A DNA stretch of 64,000 bases from Elusimicrobiota bacterium (GTDB lineage: Bacteria; Elusimicrobiota; Endomicrobiia; Endomicrobiales; Endomicrobiaceae). Below the pieces are notes generated by a model that saw only the letters and a program-made list of their open reading frames with translations, had not been told where the DNA came from and did not search any database. Below, in pieces: positions 26,828 through 37,210 of this stretch. The number at the start of each line of letters is the position of its first letter. Within the stretch, counting starts at the first letter, position 1. Location of the stretch: NCBI GenBank assembly GCA_052034625.1, contig JBPOII010000005.1, forward strand, positions 6,417-70,416. The letters are read 5' to 3'. The translations under genes were made by a program, and so were the position numbers.

Positions 26828-28888
26828 TTATAAAGATTTTTTTCTTTTTGATCTGACTGATTTTGGATTTTTTATATTAATGCTTTTACCTGATCTCATC
26901 GCTTTAAGTTCCAGCATTTTATCTCTCATAATAGCTGCCGTTTCAAAATCAAGATTATCTGCGGCATCTTTCATTTTTCCTTCAATTTCTTTGATTATCC
27001 CGTCAATATTTTTTGGCGTTATCTTATAATCAAGCTGCTGTTCAGCCATAAGCCGTGTTGTAGATTCTTGTCTTGAAATGTTCTGGAATTCATCAAGTTC
27101 GTGTACGGCTTTGATAATGGATTTTGGAGTTATATTATTTTTTTTATTATATTCAAGCTGTTTATTACGTCTGCGGCTCATCTCTTTTAAGGCTCTTTGC
27201 ATAGAGCCCGTCATAGTATCGGCGTAAAATATGACTCTTCCGTCAACATTTCTCGCTGCCCTTCCGCATATCTGTATCAGAGTGGTCTCAGAGCGTAAAA
27301 AACCTTCTTTATCAGCATCTAAAATAGCCACAAGCGACACTTCGGGAAGATCCAGACCTTCTCTTAACAGATTTATTCCGACAAGAACATCAAATTTACC
27401 AAGCCTGAGATTTTTTAATATCTCAATTCTTTCAAGAGTTTCTATTTCTGAATGAAGATAGGCTACTTTAAAACCTTTTTCTTTAAGATAAGCTGCAAGG
27501 TCTTCCGACATCTTTTTTGTAAGAGTAGTAACAAGTGTACGCTGTTTTTTTGCAGCATTTTTTTCAATTTCGTTCATTAAGTCCTGTATCTGCCCTTCAA
27601 TAGGCCTTATAATAACTTCCGGATCCACAAGACCGGTAGGGCGTATGATAAGGTCTACAATATTTTCTTTACTGCGGGCAAGTTCATAAGGTCCAGGTGT
27701 AGCAGATACCATCATAAACTTTCTTATAAGTTTCTCATATTCCTGGAATTTCAAAGGTCTATTATCCAATGCAGAAGGAAGCCTGAAACCGAAATCTACA
27801 AGAGTCTGTTTTCTGCTTCTGTCGCCTTCATACATACCTCTCACCTGAGGCAGAGAAATATGCGATTCATCAGCTATCATCAGATAATCGTCATTATCCT
27901 CAAGAAAATAATCTATAAGTGTTGTAGGTCTTGTTCCTGGAGGATTTCCTGATAAATGTCTTGAATAGTTCTCTACTCCGGCACAAGTCCCGGTTTCTCT
28001 CAGCATTTCCATATCATATTTCGTTCTTTGTAACAGCCTTTGTGCTTCCAAAAGTTTGTTTTGAGATTTTAAAACATCAAGGCGTTCATCTAGTTCAGCT
28101 TGTATAGTAATGAGAGCATTTTCGATTTTTTCACGGCTTGTAACAAAAAGTTTGGCAGGATATATATATGATTTTTGTTTTTTTAATATAACTTCACCTG
28201 TAAGAGGTTTGAACTCCTTTATACTTTCAACTGTATTGCCGTAAAACTCTACTCTTAATGCCGTTTCAAGATATGCCGGGAATATTTCTACCGTGTCGCC
28301 TTTAACCCTGAACATACCCCTTATGAACTCTATATCGCTTCTTTGATAATGGCTTTCTACAAGCTCTGTTAAAAGTTGCTGTCTGGATTTTTCGCTGCCG
28401 GCAATGATTTCTATAGACCTGTTTTGATAATCTTTCGGCGAACCGAGATTGTAAATGCATGAAACGGAAGCAACCACTACAACATCTTTTCTTTCAAGTA
28501 AAGATGTTGTAGCTTTAAGTCTTAGCCTGTCTATATGATCATTTATTGAAGCGTCTTTTTCAATATATGTATCGCTTGAAGGTATATATGCTTCAGGCTG
28601 GTAATAATCATAATAAGAGATAAAATACTCAACAGCATTGTGTGGAAAAAATGATTTAAATTCGGCATAAGTCTGTGCAGCTAATATTTTATTTGGAGAC
28701 AAAATTATAGTCGGTTTTTGCAGTCTTTCGATGACATTTGCCATAACAAATGTTTTGCCTGATCCGGTAACTCCAAGCAGAATCTGTGAATTCTTCCCGT
28801 TCTTATAATTTTTGCAAAGCTGCTCTATTGCCTCCGGCTGATCGCCTGACGGTTTAAATTTTGATACTAATTTAAACTTGTTTTCCAT
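26828..28888 (-). CDS. uvrB: excinuclease ABC subunit B
   Basis: 686 aa. GDQPEAI, GVTGSGKTF, DESH, the helicase motifs and the C-terminal UVR domain (LDFETAAIMRDKM) are all present. Confidence 0.97.
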   Translation of the reverse strand: MENKFKLVSKFKPSGDQPEAIEQLCKNYKNGKNSQILLGVTGSGKTFVMANVIERLQKPTIILSPNKILAAQTYAEFKSFFPHNAVEYFISYYDYYQPEAYIPSSDTYIEKDASINDHIDRLRLKATTSLLERKDVVVVASVSCIYNLGSPKDYQNRSIEIIAGSEKSRQQLLTELVESHYQRSDIEFIRGMFRVKGDTVEIFPAYLETALRVEFYGNTVESIKEFKPLTGEVILKKQKSYIYPAKLFVTSREKIENALITIQAELDERLDVLKSQNKLLEAQRLLQRTKYDMEMLRETGTCAGVENYSRHLSGNPPGTRPTTLIDYFLEDNDDYLMIADESHISLPQVRGMYEGDRSRKQTLVDFGFRLPSALDNRPLKFQEYEKLIRKFMMVSATPGPYELARSKENIVDLIIRPTGLVDPEVIIRPIEGQIQDLMNEIEKNAAKKQRTLVTTLTKKMSEDLAAYLKEKGFKVAYLHSEIETLERIEILKNLRLGKFDVLVGINLLREGLDLPEVSLVAILDADKEGFLRSETTLIQICGRAARNVDGRVIFYADTMTGSMQRALKEMSRRRNKQLEYNKKNNITPKSIIKAVHELDEFQNISRQESTTRLMAEQQLDYKITPKNIDGIIKEIEGKMKDAADNLDFETAAIMRDKMLELKAMRSGKSINIKNPKSVRSKRKKSL

Positions 28889-28889
28889 T

Positions 28890-29624
28890 TTATAGTTTTA
28901 ACTTTTTTACCTGTTCAAAATTTGTCTGATCAAGTTGAATAGGTGTTATTGATATATAGCCGCGTTCAACCATATATATATCGGAACCTATATTTTTTCC
29001 GCCTGAAACATATCTTCCAGAAAGTTTATAGTAGAAGTTCCCTTTTTTATCGATGACAGTTTCAATATTTTCATCATATTGTCTTAATCCGAGAGGTACA
29101 ATTTTAACACCTTTATACTGTCTGGGAATATTAATATTAAGGCATACGCTTTTATAATATTTTTTTCTTTTAAGGATTTTTTCCGCTATTTTTCTTGTGG
29201 CAATAGCGGCTCCTTCATAATCCTGTGCATACATTTCTGCGGCAGAAACTGCCAATGAAGGTATGCCTTTTAAAGCCCCCTCTCTTGCCGCAGCAACAGT
29301 TCCTGAATATATAACGTCCTGTCCTAAATTAGGACAGGTGTTTATACCAGAAACAACAAGATCTATTTTGCCCTTCAAAAAAGAATAAAGCCCGTACTTT
29401 ACGCAATCTGCCGGAGTTCCGCCTTTAATCGCATAAAAATCCTTTTCGATCTTTTCCGCTTTTTTAAATTTAGCAAGAGTTATGCCGTGTCCAGTGCCTG
29501 ACATTTGGCCTTTTGGAACTATTACATATATCTTTCCTAACTTTGAAAGTTCTTTTATTAAAGGGCGCAGTCCCGGTCCTTTAACTCCGTCATCATTTGA
29601 TATTAAAATCTTATGCATTGTCAC
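28890..29624 (-). CDS. surE: 5'/3'-nucleotidase SurE
   Basis: 244 aa. ILISNDDGVKGPGL and SGINTCPNLGQDVIYSGTVAAAREG motifs. Confidence 0.93.
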   Translation of the reverse strand: MTMHKILISNDDGVKGPGLRPLIKELSKLGKIYVIVPKGQMSGTGHGITLAKFKKAEKIEKDFYAIKGGTPADCVKYGLYSFLKGKIDLVVSGINTCPNLGQDVIYSGTVAAAREGALKGIPSLAVSAAEMYAQDYEGAAIATRKIAEKILKRKKYYKSVCLNINIPRQYKGVKIVPLGLRQYDENIETVIDKKGNFYYKLSGRYVSGGKNIGSDIYMVERGYISITPIQLDQTNFEQVKKLKL

Positions 29625-30681
29625 AGTCCTTTAATATTTTTTCAGATATTATTTCCTGGGGAAATATATACTTTTCTTTTTTTTCTTTTATTTTTTCAGA
29701 ATTTTTCAGTTCTATTAAAACATCCTTAAGAATATCAGAACTAAGATCCTTCTCTTCTATTACGCATGCTTTTTTAGGATGTTCTATTTCCTTTGCATTA
29801 AATAATTGATGATTATCCGCAGCATAAGGATAAGGCACGAGCACAGCAGGTTTATTCAAAACTATAAGCTCAAATACAGTTCCGGCTCCTGAACGGCATA
29901 TAACAATATCCGCAGCGGCATATGCATAAGCAATATCATGCATATAATTAAAGACATGATAGTATCTTTTCCCCTCGGCTTTTGCTTTTATTTCTTCATA
30001 ATTTTTATTGCCGGTAATATGGAGTATCTGGATTTTTTCTTTAACTGTTATCAATTCCACGGCATCAAAAGCTATTTCATTGAGTTTTGCAGCTCCAAGA
30101 CTACCGCCGAATATCAATACTGTAAATATGTCTTTCTCAAGACCAAACCTTTCGACTCCTTGCTCTTTTGTCACAGAAAGTATATCTTTTCTTATAGGAT
30201 ATCCGGTAAAGAAAAGATTTTTCTTCTTAAAATATTTTTCAGAACTTCGAAAGCTTATAAATGTTTCAGAACAAAATCTGTTGAGAAATCTATTTGCGAC
30301 TCCCGGAATACTGTTTTGCTCGTGTATATATGTTCTTTTGCCGAGAAGTTTTCCTGCAATAATTACAGGCACGGAAAGATATCCGCCCATGCCTAAAACA
30401 GCATCGGGTTTATTTTTTAATATGTATTTTATAGATACAAAAATTGAAAACATTGTATTAAAACAAAATTTTATGAAAGAAAATGAAAGTTTTCTCGGCA
30501 TACCTGACATATTGAGAGTAATATAATTAAATCCGCTGTTTTTTATTATTTGAGCGGAAGCGGTATTATTACTTAGAAAGAATACCGGTTTACATCCAAG
30601 TTCTTTAAGTTCTTCCGCAACGGCAATACCAGGATAAATATGTCCGCCGGTTCCGCTTGCCGCAATTATTATTTTTTTCAT
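29611..30681 (-). CDS. murG: UDP-N-acetylglucosamine--N-acetylmuramyl-(pentapeptide) pyrophosphoryl-undecaprenol GlcNAc transferase
   Basis: 356 aa. AASGTGGHIYPGIAVA, GGSLGA and RSGAGTVFE motifs, in dcw context. Confidence 0.95.
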   Translation of the reverse strand: MKKIIIAASGTGGHIYPGIAVAEELKELGCKPVFFLSNNTASAQIIKNSGFNYITLNMSGMPRKLSFSFIKFCFNTMFSIFVSIKYILKNKPDAVLGMGGYLSVPVIIAGKLLGKRTYIHEQNSIPGVANRFLNRFCSETFISFRSSEKYFKKKNLFFTGYPIRKDILSVTKEQGVERFGLEKDIFTVLIFGGSLGAAKLNEIAFDAVELITVKEKIQILHITGNKNYEEIKAKAEGKRYYHVFNYMHDIAYAYAAADIVICRSGAGTVFELIVLNKPAVLVPYPYAADNHQLFNAKEIEHPKKACVIEEKDLSSDILKDVLIELKNSEKIKEKKEKYIFPQEIISEKILKDCDNA

Positions 30682-30682
30682 T

Positions 30683-31801
30683 TTAACCCTTTCCTCTATA
30701 CTGAGATAGATTTATCAGTATTCCTACAGATGCCATCATTATAACAAGGGATGTGCCTCCGAAAGATATGAACGGTAAAGATAATCCTTTTGGTGGCAAT
30801 ATTCCTGTCGCACCTGCAAGATTTATAAAAGCCTGAAAAACTATAAGCAAAGTGATACCTAAGGCAAGATATTCAGAAAAATCATCAGGAGCATTTTTAC
30901 TTATCTTCATACCTTTAAAAAAAATAAATAAAAAGAATAAAATTACACCGGACGCCCCCCAAAAACCGAGTTCTTCTCCAACTATCGGGAAAATAAAATC
31001 AGTATGTGCTTCAGGTAAGTACATCAATTTCATATCACTTTTACCGAGTCCTTTTCCAAAAAAACCTCCCGAACCTAAAGCATACAATGATTGTTTTATC
31101 TGATATGATGCCGCATCTATATTTATAAAAGAATTTAGATAATCCTTAAATCTTGTAAGTCTATAAGGCTGTCTTATTATCTCAATAGCGACCATCAGCG
31201 ATCCTGAAACAAAAAGTGCTGCCACTGCCTGCATTTTTATACCTGCACAAAACAGCATTGTAAAACATACAAGTGCGATTAAGACGGGGGCACCCAGATC
31301 AGGCTCTAAAGCTATAGGAATAAGCATTAGTGCTAAAAAGACCAGCGGAGCTATAAGTCCATTCCACTCTGATATAAGATTTTTTTTACGGGATATAAAA
31401 TCCGCTATCATTATGACCATCACAATCTTTGCCAATTCCGAAGGTTGAAAGCTGAAAAAACCGAAATCAAACCATCTTTTTGCACCGCCTCTTATAACAC
31501 CGAAGAACAAAACGGCAATAACAGCTATCAATGTTATCAAATAAAATACTTTTGCATATTTCTTGTAAAATCTGTAATTTATTAGAAAAGCGGTAATGAA
31601 CATCGCGGAAAAACCTATCGCTATCCAGATAATCTGTTTTAAAAAGAACATATAAGGACTTGACCATCTTACATCGGCCATTACAACACTTGAAGAAAAA
31701 ACCATCGCTGTACCGAAAATAACGGCAAGTACAATGACAGAAAGCATTGTGAGATCATATTTTTTTATATCTAAACCGAACATATTTTTTATTTTCTCCA
31801 A
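30683..31801 (-). CDS. ftsW: SEDS-family peptidoglycan glycosyltransferase FtsW
   Basis: 372 aa polytopic. QPSELAKI, LEPDLG, PEAHTDFIF and LPFISFGGTS motifs, located between murD and murG. Confidence 0.93.
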   Translation of the reverse strand: MEKIKNMFGLDIKKYDLTMLSVIVLAVIFGTAMVFSSSVVMADVRWSSPYMFFLKQIIWIAIGFSAMFITAFLINYRFYKKYAKVFYLITLIAVIAVLFFGVIRGGAKRWFDFGFFSFQPSELAKIVMVIMIADFISRKKNLISEWNGLIAPLVFLALMLIPIALEPDLGAPVLIALVCFTMLFCAGIKMQAVAALFVSGSLMVAIEIIRQPYRLTRFKDYLNSFINIDAASYQIKQSLYALGSGGFFGKGLGKSDMKLMYLPEAHTDFIFPIVGEELGFWGASGVILFFLFIFFKGMKISKNAPDDFSEYLALGITLLIVFQAFINLAGATGILPPKGLSLPFISFGGTSLVIMMASVGILINLSQYRGKG

Positions 31802-31859
31802 AGATTTTACTTAAATCCAGCAGAACATCATATTTTTAATGCGGTTTTGTAATAAAACC

Positions 31860-33182
31860 TCATTTCAAACTTAAAACAATATCTTTAAATATTTTCCCTC
31901 TTTCCTCAAAATTTGCAAATTGATCGAAAGAAGCACAGGCAGGAGAAAGAAGAATTATATCACCTGAACGAGCTAAATTAAAAGCATCATTAACAGCTTT
32001 ATGAATATTTCCAGATTCAATAAATTTGTCATATTCCGGAAAAGAGCTTCTGATTATCTTAGATGCTTCACCTATCAATAAAATATTTTTTACTCTTTCT
32101 TTTATAAGTTTTTCCAAAGGTTTATAAGGAGCACCTTTATCCAATCCTCCCATTATAAGAAGAATATTGCCGTCAAATGCTTCAAGAGCAACCCTCGTAG
32201 AATCGACATTAGTTGATTTTGAATCATTATAGAACTTAATACCATTCATCTCTTTTACGAATTCTATGCGGTGTTCAACACCTTTATAAGAAGATATTAC
32301 TTTTTCTATAGTTTTAGATTCTATTCCGGCACAAAAAGCAGCAGCAGCAGCAGCAAGAATGTTCTCAATATTATGCATACCGACTATATTTATCTTAGGT
32401 TTGAGTAAGATCTTTTTAGAATTTATTTTTATTATTATGTTACCATTATCATAAAATACGCCATTATTTAAAGGATATTTACTGAAAAATACTTTTTTTG
32501 CTCCGCTTTTTTCAGATATTTTTCTGCATATTTTATCATCATAATTAAAAATGGCATAATCTTTCGGCTTCTGATTGATGAAAACATTTTCTTTAGCTTT
32601 TCTATAAGCAGCCATCGTTTTATGATGCTCAAGATGATCGGGAGTAATATTTAAGAGAACTGAAATATTCGGATGAAAATCTGGAGTGTCTTCAAGCTGG
32701 TAGCTTGAAAGCTCCATAGTTATAAAAGTATCGGATGTTGTTTTTAAAGATTTATCTGAAAGAGGATATCCTATATTTCCTGTAACTATTGAATCTTTGA
32801 TTGCCGCTTTAATTATTTTAGATGTCAAATCGGTAGTAGTAGTTTTACCGTTTGTCCCTGTTATGGCTATAATCTTTTTATATTTTGTATTTGCAAGTGC
32901 AAAAGAAAGGTCGCTTATAACTTTTATTTTATTTTTTTTTGCTTTTTTAAGTATAGGAATGTCGGAATGAATACCGGGACTTTTTATTATTATATCGCAT
33001 TTCAATATTTCATCTGTATGTTTAGAAAATTCGGTTTTTACTTTTTTATTTAAATTATTAACAATGTGCTCTTTGCCGCTATCACTTGCAAAAACTTCAT
33101 AACCCAGTTTAACCGCAAGATTTGCCGCGGCGACTCCGCTTTTGCCAAGTCCTAATACGCCGATCTTTTTCACTTTATTCAT
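31860..33182 (-). CDS. murD: UDP-N-acetylmuramoylalanine--D-glutamate ligase
   Basis: 440 aa. GLGKSG N-terminus, ITGTNGKTTT P-loop, DHLEHH and a Mur ligase C-terminal domain. Confidence 0.95.
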   Translation of the reverse strand: MNKVKKIGVLGLGKSGVAAANLAVKLGYEVFASDSGKEHIVNNLNKKVKTEFSKHTDEILKCDIIIKSPGIHSDIPILKKAKKNKIKVISDLSFALANTKYKKIIAITGTNGKTTTTDLTSKIIKAAIKDSIVTGNIGYPLSDKSLKTTSDTFITMELSSYQLEDTPDFHPNISVLLNITPDHLEHHKTMAAYRKAKENVFINQKPKDYAIFNYDDKICRKISEKSGAKKVFFSKYPLNNGVFYDNGNIIIKINSKKILLKPKINIVGMHNIENILAAAAAAFCAGIESKTIEKVISSYKGVEHRIEFVKEMNGIKFYNDSKSTNVDSTRVALEAFDGNILLIMGGLDKGAPYKPLEKLIKERVKNILLIGEASKIIRSSFPEYDKFIESGNIHKAVNDAFNLARSGDIILLSPACASFDQFANFEERGKIFKDIVLSLK

Positions 33183-33186
33183 TTTC

Positions 33187-34272
33187 TCACCTCAGCTTAA
33201 GGGAAGCAAATGAAATGATCGCAAGTATTATACCTATTATCCAAAAACGGATAGTTACTTTCGTTTCGGAAAGCCCCTTAATTTCAAAGTGATGGTGCAG
33301 AGGTGCCATTTTAAAAAGCCTTTTTTTGGTTTTTTTATATATAGAGACTTGTAGCAGAACAGAAAGAGCTTCTGCTACAAAAACACCGCCAATTATAACA
33401 AGAATAAGTTCCTGTTTTATAAAAACAGCACTCATTCCAAGTACGCCACCGAGGAATAAACTTCCGGTATCGCCCATAAAAACCTCAGCCGGATGAGAAT
33501 TATACCATAAGAATCCAAGCCCTGCCCCGACAATAGCTGCAAGAAAAACAGAAATCTCTCCTGCACCTTGCACAGGCACGATTTTCAGATAATTCGCTAT
33601 CTTATAATGTCCTGCGAAATATGCAAATAAAGCTAGTGAAAAAGCAGCAATTAGAATATTTCCTATCGCAAGACCGTCCAAACCGTCTGTAAGATTAACT
33701 GCATTTGAACTCCCGACTATAATAATAATCACAAAAACTATATAGAAAAATGAGAAATCAATGAAAAAGCTTTTCAGATAAGGAATATTTACAAGAGTGG
33801 CATACTCCGGGTTTGAAGGGAAAAAACTTAAATACGCAGCAGCAGCGGCGGCAAAGATAGTTTGTCCAAACAGCTTAGATTTTGCCGACAGTCCTTCAGA
33901 GTTCTTCTTTTTTAATTTAAGATAATCATCCATGAAACCTAAAAGCCCAAGCCATATTGTACCTGCAAAAAGCCATATTATAAATCTATTATCAAGTCTT
34001 GCCCATAAAAGCACGGAGATAACTATGGATAAAAGTATAAGTATACCTCCCATGGTAGGAGTGCCTGTCTTGGATTGATGCGTTGACGGACCGTCGCTTC
34101 TTACAGTCTGTCCAATCTTCCAATTTCTAAGTTTTCTAATAACAAAAGGACCTGCAAAAAGACATATCAGCAAACTGGTAAGAACAGCACCCCCTGCTCT
34201 AAAAGTAATATATTGAAAAATATTGAATGGTGAAAACAAATCGCTAAACTGGTAAAAGATATGATAAAACAC
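33187..34272 (-). CDS. mraY: phospho-N-acetylmuramoyl-pentapeptide transferase
   Basis: 361 aa. KxGTPTMGG, DDYLK, NAVNLTDGLDGLA, GDTGSL and APLHHHFE motifs. Confidence 0.97.
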   Translation of the reverse strand: MFYHIFYQFSDLFSPFNIFQYITFRAGGAVLTSLLICLFAGPFVIRKLRNWKIGQTVRSDGPSTHQSKTGTPTMGGILILLSIVISVLLWARLDNRFIIWLFAGTIWLGLLGFMDDYLKLKKKNSEGLSAKSKLFGQTIFAAAAAAYLSFFPSNPEYATLVNIPYLKSFFIDFSFFYIVFVIIIIVGSSNAVNLTDGLDGLAIGNILIAAFSLALFAYFAGHYKIANYLKIVPVQGAGEISVFLAAIVGAGLGFLWYNSHPAEVFMGDTGSLFLGGVLGMSAVFIKQELILVIIGGVFVAEALSVLLQVSIYKKTKKRLFKMAPLHHHFEIKGLSETKVTIRFWIIGIILAIISFASLKLR

Positions 34273-35672
34273 TATTTTTTCCTTTGATCTAGAATATCAA
34301 GATATTTATTATAAACATCTTCAATCTTCATACTTCTTGAACCTTTGAACAAAAAAACTGAGTTCTGATTTACTGCCGCTGAATCAAGCATTTTGATAAG
34401 TTCTTCTTGGTTATCGGCATGAAAAACAAGTTTTTTATCTATAGCTTCTTTTATATGAATAGACTCCTGTCCGAGCAAATATACAGATTTAATTCTTTGT
34501 GTATTGATGAACTCACCGACCTCTTTATGATATCTGTTTGAGTTTTCTCCAAGTTCAAGCATATCGCCAAGAACCAGATTGATCTCTTTTTCCATATAAG
34601 TTTCACATACACCTTTAATTGCTTCTTTAACAGAAGAAGGATTTGCATTATACGCATCATTTATCAGAATAACGCCATTGCGTGCGATAGATGTCTCCAT
34701 TCTCATAGTAGGAGGTAAAAATGTTTCAAGCCCCTCTTTGATCTCCTCAAGTGAAAATCCAAAACCAATTGCTACAGCTGCCGCCGCAAGAGAATTCATA
34801 ATATTAAAACGCCCTTTAACCGGTAATGTTATGTTTATACTGTTATTTCTGGCATGCAGCTCAAATCTGGGTTTATCTGCCCAAATTGTGATATTTTTTG
34901 CGAAAACATCAGCTCCGCCATAAAGAGCAAATGTTATGACATGCGGATAAGTTTTTGAAGGTACTCTCTTTAAAATTTCATCATCATTGTTTAAAACAAT
35001 AAATCCGTCCGGCGAAATACTGTCAAAAAGTGCGCGTTTTTCTTTAAAAACGCCTTCGGGAGATCCGAATGTTTCAAGGTGAGAAAAACCTATATTCGTT
35101 ATTATCCCGACATCAGGTTTAAGTATTTCAGAAAGTATCTTTATTTCCCCTTGTAAAGAAGTTCCCATCTCAAAAACGGCATACGCCACATCAGAAGTTA
35201 GATTGAGCACTGACAACGGTAAACCGATTCTATTATTAAAATTACCTTTATTACATATGGTTTTAGCTTTTTGATTCAATATTGAGTAGAGCATTTCTTT
35301 TGTTGTGGTTTTACCATTCGAACCAGTTATTCCAACGATCTTTGTTTGTTCAAAACGTGCTCTGTAGGCTTTAGCAAGATCTCCTAAAGCTTTTAATGTA
35401 TCTTCAACTTTGATTATAGAAGGAAAACATGGAAAGGGTTTTGCAAAATCAGTATCATCGCGGGAGTAAATAATTCCTCCGACTTCTCTTTCAACAGCCT
35501 CTTTTATAAAATCGTGGCCGTCAAAATTTTTGCCTTTAATAGCAAAATAGAACTGGCCTTTTCTTACAGTTCTTGAGTCTATTGAAATGCTTCTTACAAG
35601 CATTTTAGGATCGCCGAGAAGAAATCTTCCATTTATGGCTTTTACAAGGTCTTTAACATAAAATGATTCCAT
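34272..35672 (-). CDS. murF: UDP-N-acetylmuramoyl-tripeptide--D-alanyl-D-alanine ligase
   Basis: 466 aa. ITGSNGKTTTKEM, NDAYNANPSS and GDMLELG motifs, in dcw position. Confidence 0.94.
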   Translation of the reverse strand: MESFYVKDLVKAINGRFLLGDPKMLVRSISIDSRTVRKGQFYFAIKGKNFDGHDFIKEAVEREVGGIIYSRDDTDFAKPFPCFPSIIKVEDTLKALGDLAKAYRARFEQTKIVGITGSNGKTTTKEMLYSILNQKAKTICNKGNFNNRIGLPLSVLNLTSDVAYAVFEMGTSLQGEIKILSEILKPDVGIITNIGFSHLETFGSPEGVFKEKRALFDSISPDGFIVLNNDDEILKRVPSKTYPHVITFALYGGADVFAKNITIWADKPRFELHARNNSINITLPVKGRFNIMNSLAAAAVAIGFGFSLEEIKEGLETFLPPTMRMETSIARNGVILINDAYNANPSSVKEAIKGVCETYMEKEINLVLGDMLELGENSNRYHKEVGEFINTQRIKSVYLLGQESIHIKEAIDKKLVFHADNQEELIKMLDSAAVNQNSVFLFKGSRSMKIEDVYNKYLDILDQRKK

Positions 35673-37207
35673 TAAAAATCGAACTCCTTTTGTTCTATCT
35701 GCTTAGCAGCGGCATCCTTTTGAATTTTACTTTTTAAAGAAATATATTTTTCGGCAATTTCAATGTCGTTAAAATGAATTTTCTCTGTACCGAGCACTTG
35801 ATACTTTTCATGACCTTTCCCGGCAAGTAATACTATATCGCCTTTATCGGCCATCATTACAGCTTCTTTTATTGCCTGTTCGCGGTCAACTATAACCTTA
35901 TAATTCTTTTTACCTGCTCTCTTTATTCCAACTTCTATATCCAATATGATCTGATTTGGATCTTCTGTCCTTGGATTATCCGAAGTAACAAAAACAAAAT
36001 CGCTGTTTTCAACAGCAACCTTTCCCATAAGCGGTCTTTTTACTCTATCTCTGTCTCCGCCGCAACCGAAAACGGTTATAATACGTTTAGGGTTAATTCC
36101 TTTAAGAGCAGAAAGAACATTTTTTAAAGCATCATCAGTATGTGCGTAATCAACAACTACTTCAAAATCAAAATTTTCAGTATTTATTCTCTCAAGCCTT
36201 CCAGGGGCTTGTGCTGCATTATTCAAACCTTCGGCAATTTTTTCAAATGAAAGTCCGCAACATAAACAAATCGCAGCAGAAGCGAGAGCATTATAAACAT
36301 TATGCAATCCTATATGGTTTATTGAGACCTTTTCCCTCTTGTCGTTTAAAGTCATTTCAAATCTGCTGCAGGACTTTTCAACAATAATATTTTCAGCTTT
36401 TAAATCGGCTTCCGCATTATCTTCAGCCGAATATAATTTTATTTCAGAATTAATATTGATTTTTGAAAGCTTTTTGCCATATTTATCATCAGCGTTTATT
36501 ATAGCATACTTTTCATTGCTTTTTATATCTTTCCTAAGAGATGTAAACAATAAAGATTTTGCTTTAAAATAAGCATCCATATCTTTATGGAAATCAAGGT
36601 GGTCTTGAGTAAGATTAGTAAAAGCGGCAATATCAAAATCTATGCATTCAACTCTGTTAAGCATCAATGCATGTGATGATACCTCCATTACAATATACTT
36701 TATTCCATCATCAGCCATATCTCTCATCATTCTAAAGATATCTGCAGACTGCGGAGTTGTATTGGGCGCATCAAAAGTTTTACCTGCATATCTGTAGTTT
36801 ACCGTTCCTATTACTCCGCACTTTATTCCGACGGAGGCAAGTATACTTTCAACAATATAAGTTATTGTAGTTTTACCATTGGTCCCTGTTATCCCTATTA
36901 CAGTCATCTCTCTGTCAGGATGTCTGTAAAATTCAGCACTGAAAGCTGCCATAAACTTTAAAACATCTTCTACTTCTATCTGCGCTACAGGTAAATTATC
37001 AATTGTTTTATCGCAAATTATTACGGAAGCTCCTTTTGAAACAGCTTCATGAATATATTTACTTCCGTCAGTTTTACTGCCGTGCAAAGCAAAAAAAGCA
37101 AAATTTTTATCTATATTTCTTGAATCATAAGATATACCTTCGACTTCAATATCTGTTTCTACAATATTTTTAAAACCAAGAGATCTTAGTATTTCATTTA
37201 GTTTCAT
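35672..37207 (-). CDS. murE: UDP-N-acetylmuramoyl-L-alanyl-D-glutamate--2,6-diaminopimelate ligase
   Basis: 511 aa. ITGTNGKTT, EVSSHAL, and DYAHTDDAL with DNPR-type TSDNPRTEDP (a DAP-type determinant). Confidence 0.94.
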   Translation of the reverse strand: MKLNEILRSLGFKNIVETDIEVEGISYDSRNIDKNFAFFALHGSKTDGSKYIHEAVSKGASVIICDKTIDNLPVAQIEVEDVLKFMAAFSAEFYRHPDREMTVIGITGTNGKTTITYIVESILASVGIKCGVIGTVNYRYAGKTFDAPNTTPQSADIFRMMRDMADDGIKYIVMEVSSHALMLNRVECIDFDIAAFTNLTQDHLDFHKDMDAYFKAKSLLFTSLRKDIKSNEKYAIINADDKYGKKLSKININSEIKLYSAEDNAEADLKAENIIVEKSCSRFEMTLNDKREKVSINHIGLHNVYNALASAAICLCCGLSFEKIAEGLNNAAQAPGRLERINTENFDFEVVVDYAHTDDALKNVLSALKGINPKRIITVFGCGGDRDRVKRPLMGKVAVENSDFVFVTSDNPRTEDPNQIILDIEVGIKRAGKKNYKVIVDREQAIKEAVMMADKGDIVLLAGKGHEKYQVLGTEKIHFNDIEIAEKYISLKSKIQKDAAAKQIEQKEFDF

Positions 37208-37210
37208 ATC